Assembly (NCBI GenBank): GCA_002104905.1
Contig: MCFE01000412.1
Coordinates: 15,659 to 79,658, forward strand
Source: Basidiobolus meristosporus CBS 931.73
Taxonomy: Eukaryota > Fungi > Basidiobolomycota
Direction: 5' to 3'
DNA: 64,000 nucleotides
The translations under genes were made by a program, and so were the position numbers. The notes beneath the pieces are model-generated. The model saw only the letters and a program-made list of their open reading frames with translations. It searched no databases and was not told the origin of the DNA. Each line of letters starts with the position of its first letter. Position 1 is the first letter of the stretch. Below, piece by piece: positions 58,168-64,000 of this stretch.

Positions 58168-60937
58168 CTACTGTTGTAGCTTTGATACAAGAGTGTGTAG
58201 CTGAGGGGAATTAGTAGGTAAGTTAATAAGAAGTGATGATAGTTCTTCAGTGCTCAAGACACTGTTCAGTGGGAAGGGGGGTAGCAAGAGAGGTAAGAAT
58301 GACTTGTGAACAACATTAATGAGGGGAATGTGATAAGGATTGATATTCATCATAAAGGGAGTGTGCTGCTGCAGATATTGCTGCCAAAGGTCTGTCAAGT
58401 ACTTCAGGTAGGCCAGCTTGGGTCTTTCTGACTGCAGAATAAATTCAGCAAACATCTTGACTTCAGGATCTCCAAGTATAGTTCTCCAGCAGGAGCCAGG
58501 TGTTGTGTGGTGTGTTCTCTTCCAGGCCTTAATCAGTGGGTTGTTGCAGTTGTGAAGTCTGAGGTATAATCTGGTTCTTAGGTAGAGAAGTCTGATCTTA
58601 TAGGGCATAAACCCAAAAGCACCAAGAATAGCATGTCTGTAGGGGCATTCAGGCAAATGAGGCACCAAGGAGGTAATGCACCATACTGCAAACTTGTCAA
58701 GCTTAGTGCAGTCTCTAGAAGTAAGAGAGAGAAGTGGTAAGCCAAATTCCAGGACAGGAAAGACAAACTGCTTGAGTAGAAGGAGGCAGCTGGGAGCTGA
58801 AGTTGTAGGAGGAGTAACAGCCAGTAGCTTGTGGAGTGCCTGTCTTGCCAGGATAATTCTCTTCTTCAGGTGTGCTCCAGAGTCTAGTCCAGTAGGAAGG
58901 AAAGGAAAGCCAAGATATGTAGCAGAAACCTGAGCAGGTAGAGTGGAGTTCTCCAAGTTGATGGGAGTGCCCAAAGGTACTGTCTTTGCAATGGAAAGCT
59001 GGAGATTATTCTTCTGCAGATACTGGTGGATGGTCTGGGAGTCTTGTTGCACATTGGAGGATGATATTCTGATGTCATCAGCAAAGAGAGTAACCAGGCA
59101 GTCAGCTGAGAGTCTTGGGAAATCATTCAGGAAGATGGCAAACAGTAAAGGACCAAGCACAGAGCCTTGAACCACTCCATTAGGAACTGAGAACACAGCT
59201 GATTGCTCACTTGGGTGCAGAATTCTTGCTTGTGGATCCAGAAACAGAGATCTGACAAGGAGGGTGAGAGAGGTACTGGAGAAGCATTGCAACTTGGACC
59301 AAAGCAGATTTCTGTCAACTGAATCAAAGGCCTTAGTAATATCAAACAGAACAGAGGGATACTTGCTCTGGAGAGAGTGATCTTGGCTAAGTATGACTGC
59401 ATATTCCAAGGAGAGGCCAGGAACAAAGCCAAACTGCGCAGGATGAAACATTGAGGGAGTCAGAGTAGAGCTCCTGAGCAAGCAGAAGCTCAAACACCTT
59501 TCTGCAGGTGGGCAGCAGAGATATTGGTCCTGTAGGAGCTAGGATCCAGGTGCTTTCCTTTACCCTTGTACAGTGGCAGAACATTTGCAAAGGACCATTC
59601 CTCAGGAGTAGAAAGCTGGGCTGAGCATTGCTGAAACAGTGGAAGCAGAAGTGCAGACATGGCCTTGGTACTAGTCTTCAGAAGCTCATAGGAGATTGTG
59701 TCCACACCTGGAGCAGTAGAGTTGGGAAGCCTCTTGAGCACATTATGGATTCTCCTTTGATCAAGTGCAAGTGGGATGGGCAGAGTCTTGAAGTCAGGAT
59801 GAAAGCCAGGAGTTGAGTACTGCTTTGTAGAGAAGAAGATGTTAGCCAGCTGTTCTGTTGAAGGTAACTTCCTGGAAGAGGGCCTCATTGCCCTGTAGAG
59901 TCTTGATACTGTTCTTGTTATAGAGTTGGAAGATTGCAAGGCAAGGAACTCATAATATGATCCCAGAGCTGAGTATGCAGAGTGTGGTGAATTGCCTTGG
60001 AGTGGTGTATTGCTGTCAGGAGGAGTTTCTCTGTTTTTGGGTTAGGGAAACTCAGGTAGCTTTGTTGCAGGGCTGAAACAATGGATTCCCATTTTCTTGA
60101 GGTAACAGCAGTAGTCTTGCATGGCAGTGAGAGGGAGGCAGACACCAGAATCAGATGCTTCACAAAGAGCCAGGCATAGTTGAGATCATCTGGCAGAGAA
60201 AGTAGCAAACTGGCAAGCTTCAAGTAGTTCCCAAAGTCTTTCTTCTGATTCTTGGTAGCTTTGTGGGTGAGCACAGTAAGTTTTGGCAGCTTCTTCTTCA
60301 CAACTGGTTGCATAGAAAGGGACCAGGCTGGGTGGTCAGAGGCTCTCAAGGATCCTAGCTCAGCTCCAGAGAATTGCTTAACTTCATTCACAAAGTAGAG
60401 GGCAGCAGCAGAAGGGCAGATCCAGTCAACACATCTTTTCTCAGATTGAGCACCTAGTGCTAGCAGATGGCTTTCTCTCAGGAAGTTCAGTAGGAATGTA
60501 GACCTTGGCTTCATTCTTGCAGTCAGAGTAGTCTTGTTCTCAGGATGGGGAATGTTGAGATCTCCAAGCAAGATAATAGGTGTTGATATAGATTGCTGGT
60601 ATTGCTGAACTTTCTGGCATATAACTTGCACTTCCTGAAGGGCAAGACTTGGAGGCAGATAGCAGAGCACCAGACTGATAGTTGGCAACTGGAGAGCAGC
60701 ACAGTAAGGGGAGTAAAGAGGAACACAGAGCTGAGGAGTATTGATGGTAGAAGAGATGAAGCAGATAGAGGAGGTATTCTTTGTTCTAGGAGTAGAAAAG
60801 CAATATAGATTAGTCAAAAGTATAGAGGGTAGCTGGACATCAATCAAACACAGGAGGGAAAATCTTGAAAGAAGTCTCTCTAGAGTTGGTCTTGATGGCT
60901 GTATGCTGTTGCAGTTAAGCAACAGAACTTCAGGTAG
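58168..60937 (-). CDS. LINE ORF2: APE-like endonuclease plus reverse transcriptase (frameshifted in this copy)
   Basis: Stitched from ORFs 59918-60922, 59490-59939, 59387-59590 and 58168-59493; begins LPEVLLLNCNSI with no ATG; ends VSKLQQ*. Confidence 0.88.
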
Positions 60938-62447
60938 TCAGGCAGAGGTTGTAGCTTCTTCAGAGGCAGCATTGACAATGTGACCTGCAGAGTCCCAGAG
61001 CTCTTCAAATGGTGCATCACTTAAGTCAGCAAGGAGGGAAATGGCATGATTCTTGAGGAAGTATGCCACATCATAGGAGGGGGCTTGTCTCTTGATGGCA
61101 GCAAAGAAAGACAGAATGGCAACATGGGCTGGAGGCTTGTTGAACAGTAGAGAGTCAGAGGATTCAGATTCTTCAGGCACTATCTTGAAGTCAGTTTTCA
61201 GCCAGTTAAGGTTCTTCTGCCACAAAGGCAACAAATGGGTCAGCAATGTTTTGGTCTAGGATAACCTCCAGAATCTTCCCTTTTCTCCAGGCCAGGTTGA
61301 CAATTCTTGAGAGCTGAATATTGCATGCCTTGAGTGCTTTCCTGATGTTGGAAATGGGAGTCCAGGGAACTTGCTTCAAGTACACCACAGTCCAGGTAGA
61401 AGCTGGTGGTAGGTTTGCTGGGGGCTTGTAAGTCCTTCTGTGTGGCAATGGAGCTGCAGTAGTCAGATTGGAGTCCACATTCTCAGTAGAGGGTTTTCTT
61501 GATGTGTCTTGCTGAATGGTACTGGAGCTGGATGTGCTGATAATTCTTGCTAGAACCTTGCCTGCATAAGTCTGAGGTATAGCTGAGGTGACTGTAGAGG
61601 TGGTGGCAGCTGGTGCAGGTGGAGAGGCAGAAACTGAAGCAGGAACTGAGGTCACCTGGGAGAAGGCAGTAGAAGCAGGTTTTCTGGGAGGAACAGAGTT
61701 CACTATCCAGTTGTTCTGTAAAACACTGGAGTAGCTTTTCTGTGGAACAGGATCTTGCTCTTGAACAGGAACAGAAGCAGGAGGCTGGGGCTGAGCAGTA
61801 GTGGTAAGGCAGTGGCACTCCAAGGAAGCTTTTTGCAAGGCATCTCTGGCAGTTTTCAGGGCAGTATTGGCTTCATTCTTGAGCTTCTTGCATTGGGCAT
61901 CCAGTCTCTTGTTTTCAATAGCCAGGGCAGTATTGGCAGCCTCTAAATCAGCAATTCTCTTCTCAATTGCAAGGAATCTCTGAAGAAATGCATCAGTAGA
62001 AGTGCTGGCATCTGGGAGAGCAGTGGCAGGAATAGAGTCCATTGACAGTGGGCTTCTTGGAGGCAAGGAAAGTGGACTGGCAGATTCAGGCACAAAAGGA
62101 GATATCCTGGCAGGAGGAGAAGGAGTATCCAAGGCAGTAACAGAGGCAATTCTTGTTGGTGAAGCAGCAGCAGGGGAGGCAAGCCTGTTCAGAAACTGGG
62201 CAGGAGAGAGTGCTTGAGGAGAGGGAGTCTTCAGCTTGCCAAGCATGTCTTCCATCAGAGTGATACCAATATTCCTGGTGCATTTGCAGAGAAAAGTAAG
62301 CTTCCTGAGTCTGCCAGCTCTTCCATTCCTTCTGATAGTTCCTTTGTTTCCACAGTTGGGGCAAGAAATCTTCTTGACAGACTTGTCAAAGCAATCAAGA
62401 ACCTTCCTTTCAGGTGTAGTGGGCTCCTGTTGAGGTTTTGGTGGCAT
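60938..62447 (-). CDS. LINE ORF1 (zinc-finger-like N-terminus, coiled coil, Pro/Ser linker, RRM-like region); one frameshift near 61250
   Basis: ATG at 62447 (MPPKPQQEP); CPNC...CKC; FLAIEKRIADLEAANTALAIENKRL; WTVVYLKQVPW..IRKALK; continues in ORF 60938-61246 to TGA. Confidence 0.8.
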
Positions 62448-62516
62448 ATCCAGAGTTTCAGCTTCAAATTTCAATTTTTGAGATTTTTGGGTGATTTTTG
62501 ATGGGCGGGATCAAAA

Positions 62517-62530
62517 TTAGGGTTAGGGTT
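62517..62530 (+). repeat. Internal telomeric repeat TTAGGGTTAGGGTT
   Basis: Lies 70 bp upstream of the ORF1 ATG. Confidence 0.9.
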
Positions 62531-62572
62531 GCGCGCTGTGACTGCTTTTTACGATCGCAAGGTCAGAACCTA

Positions 62573-62870
62573 GGAAAAAATAAAAATAGTTAGTAAAGGT
62601 GATTTAATGGATGGATGGATGGATTCGGAGTCAGATTCAATCAAAAAATCAAATCGTTGACTAATTTAAAGAGGAAAAAATAAAAATAGTTAGTAAAGGT
62701 GATTTAATGGATGGATGGATGGATTCGGAGTCAGATTCAATCAAAAAATCAAATCGTTGACTAATTTAAAGAGGAAAAATAAAAATAGTTAGTAAAGGTG
62801 ATTTAATGGATGGATGGATGGATTCGGAGTCAGATTCAATCAAAAATCAAATCGTTGACTAATTTAAAGA
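62573..62870. repeat. Tandem repeat, 3 x about 100 bp, containing (ATGG)4
   Basis: Units at 62573, 62673 and 62773 are nearly identical apart from A-run lengths. Confidence 0.95.
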
Positions 62871-62885
62871 GGGTTAGGGTTAGGG
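62871..62885 (+). repeat. Interstitial telomeric repeat GGGTTAGGGTTAGGG
   Basis: Lies between the 100-bp array and the 3' end of LINE copy D. Confidence 0.9.
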
Positions 62886-63790
62886 GGGAGACAGTCACCA
62901 ACAGGTGAAATCTTTATTTCAGTTGAAACAAAGAAGCCAGCGCTACTGTTGTAGCTTTGATACAAGAGTGTGTAGCTGAGGGGAATTTGTAGGTAAGTTA
63001 ATAAGAAGTGATGATAGTTCTTCAGTGCTCAAGACACTGTTCAGTGGGAAGGGGGGTAGCAAGAGAGGTAAGAATGACTTGTGAACAACATTAATGAGGG
63101 GAATGTGATAAGGATTGATATTCATCATAAAGGGAGTGTGCTGCTGCAGATATTGCTGCCAAAGGTCTGTCAAGTACTTCAGGTAGGCCAGCTTGGGTTT
63201 TTCTGACTGCAGAATATAGTGAGCAAACTTCTTGACTTCAGGATCTCCAAGTATAGTTCTCCAGCAGGAGCCAGGTGTTGTGTGGTGTGTTCTCTTCCAG
63301 GCCTTAATCAGTGGGTTGTTGCAGTGGTGAAGTCTGAGATATAATCTGGTTCTAAGGTAGAGAAGTCTGATCTTATAGGGCATAAACCCAAAAGCACCAA
63401 GAATAGCATGTCTGTAGGGGCATTCAGGCAAATGAGGCACCAAGGAGGTAATGCACCATACTGCAAACTTGTCAAGCTTAGTGCAGTCTCTAGAAGTAAG
63501 AGAGAGAAGTGGTAAGCCAAATTCCAGTACAGGGAAGACAAACTGCTTGAGTAGAAGAAGGCAGCTGGGAGCTGAAGTTGTAGGAGGAGTAACAGCCAGT
63601 AGCTTGTGGAGTGCCTGTCTTGCCAGGATAATTCTCTTCTTCAGGTGTGCTCCAGAGTCTAGTCCAGTAGGAAGGAAAGGAAAGCCAAGATATGTAGCAG
63701 AAACCTGAGCAGGTAGAGTGGAGTTCTCTAAGGTGATGGGAGAGCCCAAAGGTACTGTCTTTGCAATGGAAAGCTGGAGATTATTCTTCT
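62886..63790 (-). mobile_element. Telomere-associated LINE, copy D (3'-most 0.9 kb)
   Basis: Canonical 3' end; ORF 62943-63749; cut at ...ATTCTTCT, where other copies continue GCAGATAC. Confidence 0.93.
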
Positions 63791-64000
63791 TTAGGGTTAG
63801 GGTTAGGGTTAGGGTTAGGGTTAGGGTTAGGGTTAGGGTTAGGGTTAGGGTTAGGGTTAGGGTTAGGGTTAGGGTTAGGGTTAGGGTTAGGGTTAGGGTT
63901 AGGGTTAGGGTTAGGGTTAGGGTTAGGGTTAGGGTTAGGGTTAGGGTTAGGGTTAGGGTTAGGGTTAGGGTTAGGGTTAGGGTTAGGGTTAGGGTTAGGG
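63791..64000 (+). repeat. Telomere, (TTAGGG)35 to the end of the window
   Basis: 210 bp of perfect TTAGGG with the G-rich strand running toward the end. Confidence 0.99.

Larger units (their letters stand above)
58108..62516 (-). mobile_element. Telomere-associated LINE, copy C (full length: 5' UTR, ORF1, ORF2, 3' end; four frameshifts)
   Basis: 3' end GGGGGGAGACAGTCACC at 58108; single-base indels near 59450, 59527, 59935 and 61250 (real or sequencing error). Confidence 0.93.

Noticed and set aside
62517-62570. Telomerase RNA gene (template-like AACCCTAACCCTAA)
   Set aside because: No pseudoknot or CR4/5-like context could be recognised by eye; kept only as a LINE 5'-module observation.
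1-64000. tRNA, rRNA, CRISPR arrays, prokaryotic operons
   Set aside because: None recognised; the sequence is eukaryotic with spliceosomal introns.

Overview
Right-hand chromosome end of a fungus, probably an early-diverging lineage: short GT-AG introns with CTAAC branch points, GH46 chitosanases, an animal-type SMARCC N-terminus and TTAGGG telomeres (a Basidiobolus-like zoopagomycete is a guess). There are three zones. (1) 1-3480: a CpG-depleted graveyard with Ty1/copia relics. (2) About 3.8-47.5 kb: an ordinary gene-dense block (Ku80, Laa2-like, MPP-beta, Tom1/HUWE1, Atg15, Prp6, Ech1, Rpr2, SMARCC/Rsc8, BAP31, dynactin p62, a BTB protein), ending in an inverted pair of GH46 chitosanases and three malate dehydrogenases. 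(3) 48-64 kb: a subtelomere with a probable KDZ-transposon relic, then a 13-kb head-to-tail array of four copies (plus one stub) of a single APE-endonuclease/RT non-LTR retrotransposon, capped by 35 TTAGGG repeats. All copies point the same way (3' end toward the centromere). They lack poly(A) tails and target-site duplications, and are joined through TTAGGG or G-run junctions. This is the layout expected if the element is reverse-transcribed onto chromosome ends, alternating with telomerase. The element is nearly CpG-free, carries a conserved 3' hairpin, has a degenerate endonuclease, and its ORF1 and ORF2 are in frame, separated only by TGA-CTA. This telomere-adding LINE system is the main candidate for something undescribed. 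All of this was read by eye; no database searches or alignments were run.
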